Shown: positions 19,356 to 29,199 of the stretch, piece after piece | Numbering within the stretch: the first letter of the stretch is position 1 | Layout: every line of letters starts with the position of its first letter | Made by a program: the position numbers and the translations under genes | Origin: Planctomycetota bacterium | GTDB taxonomy: Bacteria; Planctomycetota; UBA1135; UBA2386 | Direction of reading: 5' to 3' | Assembly (NCBI GenBank): GCA_965228735.1 | Contig: OZ245838.1 | Coordinates: forward strand, 4,704,001 to 4,768,000 | Length of the DNA stretch: 64,000 nt | The notes under the pieces: generated by a model | What the model saw: the letters and a program-made list of their open reading frames with translations, nothing else | Database searches by the model: none | What the model was told of the DNA's origin: nothing

Positions 19356-20684
19356 CTAGCGATCGCGGCTCAGCTCGAAGGTTTCCGGCCCGAGGATGCG
19401 TGGCACGCAGATGTTGACCAGAAGCGTTCGATGCCGCTGGAAGAACTTCTTGCGGGCGGAGTTGTCGAGGGTGATCCGCGGCAGCTTCGAGTAGCCGACG
19501 CCTTTTTTCCCGCGTTGGAGCGGCTGGGCTTCGACTTCGAGGTGGAGGTCCTTGTCCAGGTGGGGCTCGAGAGTCGTCACGTCGAGATAGAAGCTCCGTT
19601 GGGCCGCGTTCCCGCTGAAGTTGTGCACGTCCTGGATGATGTCGCGCTGGAAGAGGGTGCCGATGTTGAACAGGTTGAACCCGCGCGACCGGCCTTGGTG
19701 AAACTCGACCATGTAGTCCTCGACGGGATTGCCGACGCTGTCGTTCAGCCTGACGACGGTGTTCTGGTAGCCGTGGAAGTAGCTGTGCTCGGCTTCTTTC
19801 GCGAGGAGGGCGTCGTTCGACTCGTCGAGCTCTATGATGAACCGGCCCCAATCGGCCGATCGGATCGTCAACGCCTGCAACAGCCACTGGGCCATCTGTG
19901 GACCGGACGGAGCGTACTGGCCGCTGGAGTTCTTCGACTGGAAGGTGATGCTGGAGTGGTTATCGCCATCGCTGATACCGAACGCGAGTGCGCACTTCGG
20001 TGGCGGGTTGCGGAACTTCGGCACGATCTCGCCGTCGACCGAAAAGTCGACGTCGAGCCGCGACGCGCGCAGGTTGGCCGTGGAGACCCGCACGGTCCCG
20101 TCGCCGCCAACCTCGTCGGTGATCGCTGCCGCGCCGCCGTAGCCCGTGTTGCCTACGAACACTGCCGCCTGCACGAGGTCCGTGCCGTAGTAGCGCGTTG
20201 ACCCTAGGAGATCGCGTTCGGCGAGGTCCCAGACGTAGGCCGAGGCGAGTTCGAGCCCCTTGAGCAGGTGGGTGCCGGTCTCGAATCCCGTGCGCCAACC
20301 CTTGAACGCCCGCCCGTACCAAGACCGGCCCTTGTGCGCTAGCTGAGAGCCAAAGTTGGCCGGGGCGAGCATCAGGTGCCGGCGGATCGGGACCTCGCTT
20401 GGCTTGTAGAAGTGAGACATCCAGTCGCGGACGACTAGCGCGCCGGTGCTATGGGAGATCACGTCGACGTTCTTCTTGCCTGCGATGCCCGGGTGTGAAG
20501 TCCACACCCGCTGCATGGCGGTTCGGAGGTCGCGATAGGTGATCTCGTCGTCGAGGGACACCCAGTCCGCAAGGTCGATGGTCGTCACCTGCGTGCGCAG
20601 CTGGCTGCCCAGAAACTCGGCGAGCCGCCGGAACGACTTGCTGCTGTCGCTCCAGCCGTGGACGATGACGATGGGATTCGGCAT
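19356..20684 (-). CDS. Alpha/beta hydrolase (lipase/esterase-like)
   Basis: IVIVHGW, SHSTG nucleophile elbow, LAPANFGS, DGTV and NHS. Confidence 0.85.
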   Translation of the reverse strand: MPNPIVIVHGWSDSSKSFRRLAEFLGSQLRTQVTTIDLADWVSLDDEITYRDLRTAMQRVWTSHPGIAGKKNVDVISHSTGALVVRDWMSHFYKPSEVPIRRHLMLAPANFGSQLAHKGRSWYGRAFKGWRTGFETGTHLLKGLELASAYVWDLAERDLLGSTRYYGTDLVQAAVFVGNTGYGGAAAITDEVGGDGTVRVSTANLRASRLDVDFSVDGEIVPKFRNPPPKCALAFGISDGDNHSSITFQSKNSSGQYAPSGPQMAQWLLQALTIRSADWGRFIIELDESNDALLAKEAEHSYFHGYQNTVVRLNDSVGNPVEDYMVEFHQGRSRGFNLFNIGTLFQRDIIQDVHNFSGNAAQRSFYLDVTTLEPHLDKDLHLEVEAQPLQRGKKGVGYSKLPRITLDNSARKKFFQRHRTLLVNICVPRILGPETFELSRDR

Positions 20685-20819
20685 GGATGTTCCCCCACTT
20701 CGATCGGGGTTGGGGCCTCTCCTTTGGACTGAGTGTATGTGATGCTATAGACGGAGCCAATGGGGCGGTGCTGGGAATATGCAACGGCTACTTCTGCGGT
20801 GGCGGCCGAAGGAACCTCT

Positions 20820-21055
20820 AGGATCGCCACGGCAAACGGATCCTCTGCATCATCCCCATCGACCTCGACGGCTACCTGTTCAGCCGCCACTGCAAGTTCA
20901 AGTTCACGAGCGACCTTCGCGAGCGCCGCGCCGCCAAGTTCGAGGGTTGGCAGGACGACAAGGGCATCTTCGACACGCAGCTTGAGCGCGTCGTGAAGGC
21001 GCTTCGGTCGGACGATGGGGTGCGGCCGCCGCCGCCTACGCCGAAGCTGTCGTAG
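20820..21055 (+). pseudogene. 3' remnant of the pentapeptide-TIR gene
   Basis: Translates as HGKRILCIIPIDLDGYLF...PPPPTPKLS*, closely matching the end of 46449-47768. Confidence 0.88.
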
Positions 21056-21060
21056 GGGCG

Positions 21061-21987
21061 TTAGCGGACGCGAATGATCCAGTGGACCGCGTAGTTCACG
21101 GGCACGGTCTCGGTTTCGTCGGGGTGGAATATGTTCAGCTCGGTCCCGCGCGGTGCCTCTCCGATCTTCTTAAACGAATAGCGATCTCCTCTTAGAGTCC
21201 CGATCGGTTGCGCTCGTCGCCTTTGTTGTGGCCGGTGCTGGTTCTCCGGGTACAGTTCCTGGGGCACCGAGACCTCCCCAGTTCCGCGAAGGAAGCAGCC
21301 GCGGAAGTCCGGAAGCTTGAACTTGCCTCCCTCCTTTCCGTAGGGAGTTGCATCTCCGCCGAGCACACTGAGTAATCTACAATAGTGGTTGGGATCCATG
21401 AGTGCGCCGTTGCATTTGCGCCAGTTGCTGTCTTCCCAAGCCCGGCCATCGGGCGCTCTGTCAGTTGGCCACGCGATGATCGTTCCGATGGGGGGCGCGA
21501 TGGTCGCGATAGTGTTCGCTAAGCCGTTCTTCCACGGACCGTCTTCGAGAAGAAGATCTTTGATGTTCTCCGCTAGTTCATTCGGGTTCTTGCGGATCTT
21601 TCCTGACCAGTCGCTGAGTTCCTTGAGGTCCGCTTGGGCGGCTTCGGTCTGAGCCTTGGTTGTTTGAGCGGATGCTCTCGCCTCGCCGACGATCAATAGC
21701 GCGTCGGCAGCTCTTTGGCTGAGGTGCGAAGCGTCGCTGTCTATTCGTTCCTCGCGTCTTTGCCGCCATGTGTCGTGCTCATCTTGTTGCCTCTTGCGCC
21801 AAAGGGCCTGCTCGTTCTCTTGCATTTCGCGCCAAGTGTTGAACTTGCTCTCCCATTCCTCGGATGCCTGGGCTTCGGCCTTCTCGGTCACGAACTGGTA
21901 GAACCAGGTGCCTAGGAAGCCGAGCGCGGTGCCGAGTAAACCGACAAGAACCGGATGGCTTTCCATCCACGTCGTGGCCTTCTTCAT
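21061..21987 (-). CDS. Membrane-anchored coiled-coil protein with a phage tail-collar domain
   Basis: N-terminal TM segment; PPIGTIIAW...WRKCNG...FKLPDFRGCFLRG...PVNYAVHWIIR. Confidence 0.8.
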   Translation of the reverse strand: MKKATTWMESHPVLVGLLGTALGFLGTWFYQFVTEKAEAQASEEWESKFNTWREMQENEQALWRKRQQDEHDTWRQRREERIDSDASHLSQRAADALLIVGEARASAQTTKAQTEAAQADLKELSDWSGKIRKNPNELAENIKDLLLEDGPWKNGLANTIATIAPPIGTIIAWPTDRAPDGRAWEDSNWRKCNGALMDPNHYCRLLSVLGGDATPYGKEGGKFKLPDFRGCFLRGTGEVSVPQELYPENQHRPQQRRRAQPIGTLRGDRYSFKKIGEAPRGTELNIFHPDETETVPVNYAVHWIIRVR

Positions 21988-22317
21988 GGGGTTAGATACG
22001 GGAATCGCGTGCGGGGCTGCTCCGGTTACTTGAGGACGCTCCCAGTGGAGAGAAGCTGTGTTAGTCTGCAGCCATCCCGAGTAGGTCGGGCTGAGTATTG
22101 CCCGAGCATTAGGGGCTGCCGCGAGCTGTTCGCGTCGCACGCAGTGATGGTGAACGAGTGCTCTGCTAGCGATAGGTCCTAGTCTGAACGAGTTCCGCTG
22201 AGGTCTTTCGCGGCATCTTGCCGGTTGAAGCGTTGAAACAGCGGGGCTTCGGCTCGACGAGCTTCGAATGCGTGCGAGAAAAAGGGGCCGATCTGTTCAG
22301 AGCCTCCCCTACTTGGA

Positions 22318-22893
22318 GTGTGCTTGGCCCAGCGGGGCGAGTTGGCACTGAACGACGAAGAAATAGTCCTACGGCTGCAGCGAGGGGACGTGTCCGGCTT
22401 GGACGCGTTGCTGCGCGAGCATGGACCGTTTGTCAAGGCCGCGTTGCGGCAGTCGTTCCAGTTCGTCAACGACGAGCACGACTTGGAGAGTGCGCTCCTC
22501 GACGGAGCACTGATCATGTGGAAGCGGGATGTGTCGAATCGGCTGGATCCCAGCAAGGGGATCCGGGCTTACTTCTATGTCACGTGTCGGCGGGAGCTGA
22601 TGCGTGCGTGGAAGAACAAGCCGGCGGAACAACTTCTGGATCCAACGGTTGTCGACGCGACGTTCGCGTCGCAAGGGGCGATGGAGAGAGCTGGCGGCGG
22701 TCCGTCGCTCGAAGACATCATGGCCGGGCTCTCGTCTCTAGAGCGAGGGATTCTGATGGCAGACATGGCTGCGAACTTCACAGCATCGAGCGCAGAGCTC
22801 GCGGCGCTGTTGGAGACGACGTCAGCGTCCGTCGATTCGTTAAAGTACAGAATTCGCAAGAAGCTGCGCAGGTGGCTCGGAGGGAGCCAATGA
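22318..22893 (+). CDS. ECF-type sigma-70 factor
   Basis: DEEIVLRLQRGD..GLDALL region 2; LSSLER...AELAALL...SVDSLKYRIRKKL region 4. Confidence 0.75.
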   Translation: MCLAQRGELALNDEEIVLRLQRGDVSGLDALLREHGPFVKAALRQSFQFVNDEHDLESALLDGALIMWKRDVSNRLDPSKGIRAYFYVTCRRELMRAWKNKPAEQLLDPTVVDATFASQGAMERAGGGPSLEDIMAGLSSLERGILMADMAANFTASSAELAALLETTSASVDSLKYRIRKKLRRWLGGSQ

Positions 22894-23522
22894 CATCTAA
22901 TCGCCGCGGCGACGACGACTACACGGCGGCGGAGAAGCGCCTGCTCCTGTCGGCGCTCCGGTCCGAGTCGCTCGATTCGGCGCGCGTGCGTGCGTCGATA
23001 GAGTTGGCGCGACGTGAGCTCACTTGGTGGCGCCGCTACCCCGGTTTCGTTAGGGCGGCGGGGGCTGCGTCGTTGCTGCTTCTCGTCGGGGCTGTTGTTT
23101 GGATCTGGGATGGGGAGGACACTGACGACATTCGCTACGGCCAAGCGATCGCTGTGCTGCGATCGCCTGGAGCCTACTCGGATGAGAACCTGCTGGCAGG
23201 CATCGGCAAGGTGCGGCGTGAGCTCGCTGGATTGGTGAGGGACATGCGGGCTCACGGCCAGCTACCGAAGGCGTTTCTCGATGACGTGAGACTGGCCTTG
23301 TCGAGTGCTTCGGTGCCGTCCGTGCCTTACTTGGGAGACTTTGAGGCATTGAGGCAAGCTGCCAGCGAGCGACCTCTCCGCGGACAAGAGCTAGCTGAAG
23401 CGCTCGAGGCGATCGTCGCAGGGGTTGGTGCTGCCCAGTCGCTCGAGCTGCGTGGCGGAGTCTTCCCGGCCTACTCCCGAAGTGTGATCACTGCTCTCCA
23501 CGAGGCTCTCGAAGGTGGCTAG
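22890..23522 (+). CDS. Single-TM protein, putative anti-sigma factor
   Basis: ATGA overlap with the sigma gene; one TM segment. Confidence 0.6.
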   Translation: MTSNRRGDDDYTAAEKRLLLSALRSESLDSARVRASIELARRELTWWRRYPGFVRAAGAASLLLLVGAVVWIWDGEDTDDIRYGQAIAVLRSPGAYSDENLLAGIGKVRRELAGLVRDMRAHGQLPKAFLDDVRLALSSASVPSVPYLGDFEALRQAASERPLRGQELAEALEAIVAGVGAAQSLELRGGVFPAYSRSVITALHEALEGG

Positions 23523-23761
23523 GCCGAGGCGGCTGCCCCGTCTTGGATCAAGCGGAACACCTCGTCATGGCCTGGCGAGGTGAAGCGCGCCTCGGTCCAC
23601 CCAGTGGGGGGGTCCCACGCCACACTGTCTCCCGGAGGAACAGTGATCGTCTCGGAATCGCCGTTGTCGTTCTTGATGGTGATCGTGATGGCGGTCGTGC
23701 CGTCATGGCTGATTTGAGCGGAGCCGCCGGGGCTGATGATGCTGGGGTCAACTTGGATCAT
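23519..23761 (-). CDS. Small beta-rich hypothetical protein
   Basis: MIQVDPSIISPGG..., 80 aa. Confidence 0.55.
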   Translation of the reverse strand: MIQVDPSIISPGGSAQISHDGTTAITITIKNDNGDSETITVPPGDSVAWDPPTGWTEARFTSPGHDEVFRLIQDGAAASA

Positions 23762-23945
23762 GGGAGTTGCCTTCTTGGAAAGGGTCGTGGAGGGTAGGGG
23801 TCGCTCTGAACAACTTCCTTGTCTGATGAGCCTATTTTTTGGCGAGTTTCGAGATGGGCGAACCTTGTTTAGACCCGGGCCTAACACTGCCGACCTGCGA
23901 TAGCGAATGGCGCGTGCGCTAGGAGCGAACAGAGGTTGCGAGTGC

Positions 23946-23967
23946 GGGAAGAAGGAGAGTCGAGTTT
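23946..23967 (+). repeat. 22-bp intergenic repeat GGGAAGAAGGAGAGTCGAGTTT, copy 1
   Basis: Identical to 33671-33692. Confidence 0.85.
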
Positions 23968-24082
23968 CAAAAATCCTAAAAGCGGATGATCTCCGGGTCG
24001 TTTTGGCCATTGATCGGCCACTGCCGCCCCGTTGTGTGCAGGCTTCTGCCAGCCTAGGGTCAGTCCTTCTCCGCAAGACCTC

Positions 24083-24805
24083 ATGCTCGTCTCTATTCTA
24101 CTACCGTTTCTGTCGCTGCTGGTCGGTTTGCTTGGGGTTTGGTCAAGCAAGAACAGAGGGCCTGACGGTCGATTGAATAAGGCGGGCGTCTCTGTGATTT
24201 TCGCTCTCTTCGGGATCGCTGCGATTACGGTTGGCAAGGCCGTCGTCGACGACGTCAACGCTCGCACGCTTCGCAGTCTGGCCTCAATGGCGATCGAGCG
24301 CGATGTGTGCCAACTGCTCGAACCCCTTGTCGTGCTATTCCCGGGCGGTGAGGGCGATCCGCGTTCGATCAGCGCTGTTCGGATGGCGGTCTCCCTTCCA
24401 CCTCCTGCGGCAGCAGAAGACTTGCCTGCTCGTGTGAGTTCGCGTGCCATACTGGTGAAGTGGATGAAAGGGCCGGTGGCTACAGACTTCGCGAAAACCG
24501 CGCAGGGGCATGAAGTCCGCCTTTTCGGCCAACTCGGTGAGGCGGGGGTCTTGCTCGATGCGGAGTTCCGGTTCGCGCAGGAGCGACTTCGGCAAACGAC
24601 AGCGACTTTCGCACCGCACCTGCCTAGCGGGTTGTTCATGAAATTGGAGGGAGTGCGGAACCACCCGTTCCTTCGAATGGTCGAGCGGAGAACTCGTCGA
24701 CCTCGAACGCCGAAGTCGCCACATGCGTACCTAGGTGGCGAGCGCTCTAGAGTTCAATTCCGGTCGTTCCTGGAAGCGCTCGAGGAGCTGAACGCGGCCC
24801 TCTAG
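24083..24805 (+). CDS. Hypothetical 2-TM membrane protein
   Basis: Two hydrophobic N-terminal segments. Confidence 0.6.
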   Translation: MLVSILLPFLSLLVGLLGVWSSKNRGPDGRLNKAGVSVIFALFGIAAITVGKAVVDDVNARTLRSLASMAIERDVCQLLEPLVVLFPGGEGDPRSISAVRMAVSLPPPAAAEDLPARVSSRAILVKWMKGPVATDFAKTAQGHEVRLFGQLGEAGVLLDAEFRFAQERLRQTTATFAPHLPSGLFMKLEGVRNHPFLRMVERRTRRPRTPKSPHAYLGGERSRVQFRSFLEALEELNAAL

Positions 24806-25505
24806 TCTCGCTCTTTGCTCTGTCTGTGTTCGGGCGGTCGCTAACAGCGCGCCGTTGCAGCACGCTGTCGATGCTTCGGAGCACGAGCACTGCTTCCCGC
24901 AGCCGCTCGTCTTCCGGCTCCTCGCCGTCCACGTGGAACCGTTCGAGCGCTCTCCGGAGATCTCGGCTCCACTTCCGGTCGTTCTCCGGGATCGTCGCGC
25001 GCGACGCATCGAGGCGTCTGACGAGCTCTGCACCCTCTTCGCCCTCTTGTTCAAGCATTCGGTGCGGGAACTCTAAGATCGCGGCTCCGACTGGACCGAA
25101 CTCAGGCATGTGAAACTGGTCTGAGAGATCGACGGAGTCCGGCGACGTCACGTCGATACCGAGCCTCACCAACATATTCAGTGCCACTCTTGCCAGCAGG
25201 GACACTGGCTCGATCGCGACAACGGCCTCACGGTAGAGTGCGCACAGCACTGGATCGAGCGTTCGATCTCGCTGGTCGACTGCGAGGGCGGTGAGTTCTC
25301 CCCAGCCCGCGTCCCGATCGAGAAGCTCTCGCATCGCTGGGCTGTGCTGGGCATAGACGGTCACGGAGTGCGCGAGCCGAGGTGCTGTCGGGAGTTCGCC
25401 GGTTGCCTTGAACACGTCGAACGCTTCACGCGTCGCGGTGCGCGAAATCGGGTAGTGCTGAATGCGATCACTGGCCCGTTCCAGCCTGCGTCGTAGTGCG
25501 CGCAT
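24747..25505 (-). CDS. Conserved element hypothetical protein (paralog of 61529-62224)
   Basis: Shared F..TG.LP, PEFG..G and GE.PE...LR.AV; GAGGAG RBS. Confidence 0.75.
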   Translation of the reverse strand: MRALRRRLERASDRIQHYPISRTATREAFDVFKATGELPTAPRLAHSVTVYAQHSPAMRELLDRDAGWGELTALAVDQRDRTLDPVLCALYREAVVAIEPVSLLARVALNMLVRLGIDVTSPDSVDLSDQFHMPEFGPVGAAILEFPHRMLEQEGEEGAELVRRLDASRATIPENDRKWSRDLRRALERFHVDGEEPEDERLREAVLVLRSIDSVLQRRAVSDRPNTDRAKSETRGPRSAPRALPGTTGIEL

Positions 25506-25506
25506 T

Positions 25507-25986
25507 CTAGTTACTCCTCGTGTCGGCCTGTTCGAGCGCTCGTTCGAGTTGCAGAAGGCGCTCCTCCATCTCGCCGGTCTCGATGGCACGAAGCCGGATC
25601 TGGATCGCCTTGACGAGCGTGTCTGCCTCCGTTTGTTCCATTCGGCCGTTGCAGACCGCGTCGATGATCCGTTCCAGCGCGACGTTGCAGTCGTTAGCAT
25701 CGCGCAGCCGAGGGAGATCGATTGCGATTGGCCGAGCTTCGTCGGGTGGTGGGGTCGCTTTGCCGCACAAGCGATCTAGAACCAGGCGCGCGGCCCCGAG
25801 GTCACCTTCGAGTGCCATGCGGGTCGCCCGCCGCATGATTGCCTCGATGTGCTCCTGCGAGATCGCCTCTTCCGCCGCTCGACGCAGATCGAGTGTCCGA
25901 CGCCGTGCGCCGCCCGGGCCGCCGGGGTTGCCGGCGGTGAAGCGACCGCGCTCGTCGCGTCCTGTGTTGTTCCCCGAACCGGTCAC
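25507..25986 (-). CDS. DUF5681 / terminase-small-subunit-like protein
   Basis: RDERGRFTAGNPGGPG...ALEGD..AARLVLDRLCGK; paralog at 58942. Confidence 0.75.
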   Translation of the reverse strand: MTGSGNNTGRDERGRFTAGNPGGPGGARRRTLDLRRAAEEAISQEHIEAIMRRATRMALEGDLGAARLVLDRLCGKATPPPDEARPIAIDLPRLRDANDCNVALERIIDAVCNGRMEQTEADTLVKAIQIRLRAIETGEMEERLLQLERALEQADTRSN

Positions 25987-25988
25987 GA

Positions 25989-27281
25989 TCAGTTCTCCGA
26001 CTCGTTTCGTGCGGGCTCTCGCTCGATGGCTACGTCCGTGAACGTTCGGCCGTCCCCTTGCAGCACCGCGTCTTCGCCCGTTGCCTTCTCCCAGCGACGA
26101 ATCGCAACGTCCACGAACGGCGGACTGATCTCGATTGCCCGGCACCGGCGTCCCGATTGCTCGGCGGCGATGAGTTGCGATCCGCTGCCGCTGAAGGGCT
26201 CAAAGATGACGTCGCCGGGTGACGTGTGCTTCTTGATCGGTCGGAGGAACAGCTCGACGGGCTTCGCGGTAGGGTGCTCTGCATCGGCAGAGCGCGCCTT
26301 GCCGTCGAAGTCGATCTCCCAAACGGAGTCGTGCTCGTGGACGCCATCGTGTTGGGGTTGGTCGCCCTTGCGCCATCCCATGACGCACGGCTCATGGCGG
26401 AAGTGCCAGTAGACGCGACCGAACACCGCGCTCGGCTTCACCCAGATGATCTGCTGGTGATCGAGGATGCCGAGCTCACGCCAGATGCGCTGCAGGTCGC
26501 CGCTCCGCTTGTGCGCGTGCCAGCAGTAGATCGCGGCCTTGTGCCCGAGCACCTCTAGGACGTTCTTGAACACCGCGCGGAAGAACGCGTCGGGGTCTTC
26601 GATCGACACCTCGTCGTAGCGGTCCGTCCAGTCTTTGCCGGAGTCGTTCGGGCGCTCACCGGTGTAGTCGACGAGGTAGGGCGGGTCGGTCGCGACAAGC
26701 GCAGCCTTCTCTCCGTCCATGACGCGGAGGACGTCGTTCATGTTCGTGGAGTCGCCGCACAAGAGACGGTGCTCGCCGAGCAACCAAAGGTCGCCGAGCT
26801 GAGCCACGGCCTCGACAGGGGGCTCCTCGGGGCCTTCGTCACTCAGCTCGTTGTCGACCTCTTCCTGCTCACGGAGTTCGGCGACGAGCGCGTCCAGGTC
26901 GTCCTCGGAGTAGCCGACGCCGTCGAGCGAGTCTTCTTGTCGGAGCTGCTCGAGCAGCGAGGCTAGCTCGGATTCGTCCCACTGCGCGAACTCGTGCGTT
27001 CGGTTGTCCGCGATCTGGAAAGCCGTCGCGTCGAGGTCAGTGCCCTCGAACCACCAGACAGGCACCTCGGTCATGCCGAGGCTCTGTGCGGCCTTCAGGC
27101 GTGTGTTGCCAGCGACGACTTCACCCGACCGTCGTGCGACGACGGGCTGTTGCCAGCCGAACCGACGCAAGCTCGCAGCGACGTGCGGAATGGCCGCGTC
27201 GTTGCGACGCGGGTTCGTGGGTGAGCAGAAGAGCCGATCGATCGCTACGGTTTCGATCGGCGGGGAAGCGGGCGTGTCCAA
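25989..27281 (-). CDS. ParB-like N-terminus + N6/N4 DNA methyltransferase
   Basis: NPR.N...FGW.QP...GNTR; HRLLCGDS, DPPY, HPT.KP and FSGSGS. Confidence 0.92.
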   Translation of the reverse strand: MDTPASPPIETVAIDRLFCSPTNPRRNDAAIPHVAASLRRFGWQQPVVARRSGEVVAGNTRLKAAQSLGMTEVPVWWFEGTDLDATAFQIADNRTHEFAQWDESELASLLEQLRQEDSLDGVGYSEDDLDALVAELREQEEVDNELSDEGPEEPPVEAVAQLGDLWLLGEHRLLCGDSTNMNDVLRVMDGEKAALVATDPPYLVDYTGERPNDSGKDWTDRYDEVSIEDPDAFFRAVFKNVLEVLGHKAAIYCWHAHKRSGDLQRIWRELGILDHQQIIWVKPSAVFGRVYWHFRHEPCVMGWRKGDQPQHDGVHEHDSVWEIDFDGKARSADAEHPTAKPVELFLRPIKKHTSPGDVIFEPFSGSGSQLIAAEQSGRRCRAIEISPPFVDVAIRRWEKATGEDAVLQGDGRTFTDVAIEREPARNESEN

Positions 27282-27416
27282 GATTGCACCTCATGCGGAT
27301 ACGTGGGGCCGCTTGGATGGGGTGCTTGGAAAAGGGGGCGGCCAGTGCGATTCTAGAACTCTGGCCCGCTATCGGACAGCGGTCATTCGATCAAAGTTGC
27401 AATACGAGAACGGTGG

Positions 27417-28211
27417 ATGCTATCACAGCCCTTTGCCGGTGAGCCGATACCGAGAGTACTCTACAAGTATCTGCCGGCAAGCCGGCACGCCTTCAGCGTC
27501 TTGGGGGATATGCGCGTCCGATTCACTCAGCCGTCTGCGCTAAACGACCCATACGAGGGCACCGTTGCCGTGCAGCCGTTCACTGACCCTCGATTCCCTG
27601 GGACAGCGAAGGAGGCTGCTGCGATTCTAGCTGCTGAGCTGAATTTGCCGGAATTCCGCGCACAGGTCGACGCTGACATCGGAGTGCTCTCGCTCTCGGA
27701 GGACGGTCTGAGCCCGAGGCTATGGGCGCACTACGCGGCGGACGCCCGGGGATTCTGTATCGGGTTTCGGACCGACGCGGCCATGTTCGCCGAGCAAGAA
27801 GATCCCAACTTTCAAACGACGCTGCGAGTCGTCTACTGTGACGGTCCTCTTCCGATGCCTGTGAGGCCGGGGGGCAGGCTCTCTCGGAGTGAGGCGATAC
27901 CTTACATGTTTGGGCGTAAGTTCGTCCAATGGTCCGACGAGCGAGAGGTGCGAGTCGTTAGGGCGCTGACGTGGGGCGACTTAGACGATGAACATAAGGA
28001 TGCCAACGGTATGGCGGTGCGCCGCTTACGTTTCCATCCTGACGATGTGGTCGAGATCGTGTTTGGCGCACGGGCGACCACCTGGACGTGTCAGAAGGTT
28101 GCGGCGCACTGCCAGGCAAATGGCATTCGACCCACGTATCGACGCGCGCGGATACTGCAAGGCCAGTTCAGGGTGATCTTGGAGCCGATCGATCCAAGCA
28201 CGCCGTTCTGA
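27417..28211 (+). CDS. DUF2971-family protein
   Basis: LYKY, LNDPYE, LWAHYA...GFCIGF and K...WSDEREVR. Confidence 0.85.
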   Translation: MLSQPFAGEPIPRVLYKYLPASRHAFSVLGDMRVRFTQPSALNDPYEGTVAVQPFTDPRFPGTAKEAAAILAAELNLPEFRAQVDADIGVLSLSEDGLSPRLWAHYAADARGFCIGFRTDAAMFAEQEDPNFQTTLRVVYCDGPLPMPVRPGGRLSRSEAIPYMFGRKFVQWSDEREVRVVRALTWGDLDDEHKDANGMAVRRLRFHPDDVVEIVFGARATTWTCQKVAAHCQANGIRPTYRRARILQGQFRVILEPIDPSTPF

Positions 28212-28281
28212 CCTTCGATCCAGGGAGTATTGCCCTTCGCGGATCAGTCAATGCCGGGTCCGCTACGCCAGCTTGACCCGC

Positions 28282-28304
28282 TGAAACACCGTTGACTAAC
28301 GGTG
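28282..28304 (+). promoter_or_regulatory. Palindromic accessory motif, copy 2
   Basis: CACCGTT-GACT-AACGGTG. Confidence 0.55.
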
Positions 28305-28328
28305 AGGTGGAACCTTCACGGCCGATCC

Positions 28329-28356
28329 GCGCCGCATTTCCCCGAGCATGTCGTCA
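28329..28356 (-). other. dif-like recombination site 3
   Basis: Reverse complement reads TGACGACATGC-TCGGGG-AAATGCGGCGC and contains the HNH stop codon. Confidence 0.58.
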
Positions 28357-28788
28357 TTCGGGACTGGCCTCGTCCTCGCCGCGGTCATCGGGATCGAATG
28401 CAGAACCCTCGAACGGATCTGATTCAAGATCAGCATAGTCTTCGACAGACAGCGTGTCCCCCGGGTCATCCGTCCGAGAGCGGACGGGAGGGCTTCGCAG
28501 CCCTTCGTGGTTCGGTTCTTTGCGATGGCAGTTCCGGCAGAGCCACCGTACGTCCTCGAGGTGTCTCAGCTCGTCGAAAATGTGGTCGTAGTTGACGTGG
28601 TGTACGTCGAAGGGCAGGAGGTCTTGATCCTCCTGCACTCTTGAACATTCGACACCTTCGCACCGTCCGTCTGCCCTGTGCATCACTGCGCGTCTAACGC
28701 GTTGCCATGCACTGCTTCGGCGGTATTCAAGGTAGCCGAGAGCGCGATTGGCGGCTGGGTCCCAGCCTTCGATTTCCCATTGCTCCAT
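28354..28788 (-). CDS. HNH endonuclease
   Basis: W..VR..V..RA.GRCE...DVHHVNY...LCRNCH. Confidence 0.85.
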   Translation of the reverse strand: MEQWEIEGWDPAANRALGYLEYRRSSAWQRVRRAVMHRADGRCEGVECSRVQEDQDLLPFDVHHVNYDHIFDELRHLEDVRWLCRNCHRKEPNHEGLRSPPVRSRTDDPGDTLSVEDYADLESDPFEGSAFDPDDRGEDEASPE

Positions 28789-28815
28789 CGTCGCATGCTA
28801 CAGGAAATGCGACGT
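28788..28815 (+). other. dif-like recombination site 4
   Basis: TCGTCGCATGC-TACAGG-AAATGCGACGT, abutting the HNH start codon. Confidence 0.62.
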
Positions 28816-28834
28816 CGCAGTCCCGGTCTCGTGG

Positions 28835-29182
28835 CTAGGAGCAGGCGTCCCACACTCCATTGCATGTTCCCACGGCTTCGTCGGTGCAGCAGTACTCTAC
28901 GCCGCCCAGACATCGACTTCGACCGTCTGCGCAGTGTTGGCTGGCCTGGCGAGGTGTGCCGAGACTGAGTCCTTTAGGGATGCGGATCCCCAGCGCACGG
29001 GCTCCTCGCCTAACGTACACGAGCCGCGCACTCTCAAACTGCACGTCTGATGATCGCATCTCAATTGCCACACGGGGATGGTCCCGTGGGAAGAGCACGG
29101 TAGATGTTGCGTCGATTTGAGCTTTGCCTCGGAATCGAAGCCACTCGGGTTGCGTGGGGTGTTGGGGGCTATTCGATGACAT
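28835..29182 (-). CDS. Small protein with six-cysteine C-terminus
   Basis: Ends HCADGRSRCLGGVEYCCTDEAVGTCNGVWDACS. Confidence 0.55.
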   Translation of the reverse strand: MSSNSPQHPTQPEWLRFRGKAQIDATSTVLFPRDHPRVAIEMRSSDVQFESARLVYVRRGARALGIRIPKGLSLGTPRQASQHCADGRSRCLGGVEYCCTDEAVGTCNGVWDACS

Positions 29183-29199
29183 GGACAGCCTCGTAAGTT

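Noticed and set aside
21061..21190. Tail-collar and TIR 3'-end duplicates as DGR template/variable repeats
   Set aside because: Mismatches with the 47.5-47.9 kb copies affect all four bases, not only adenines.
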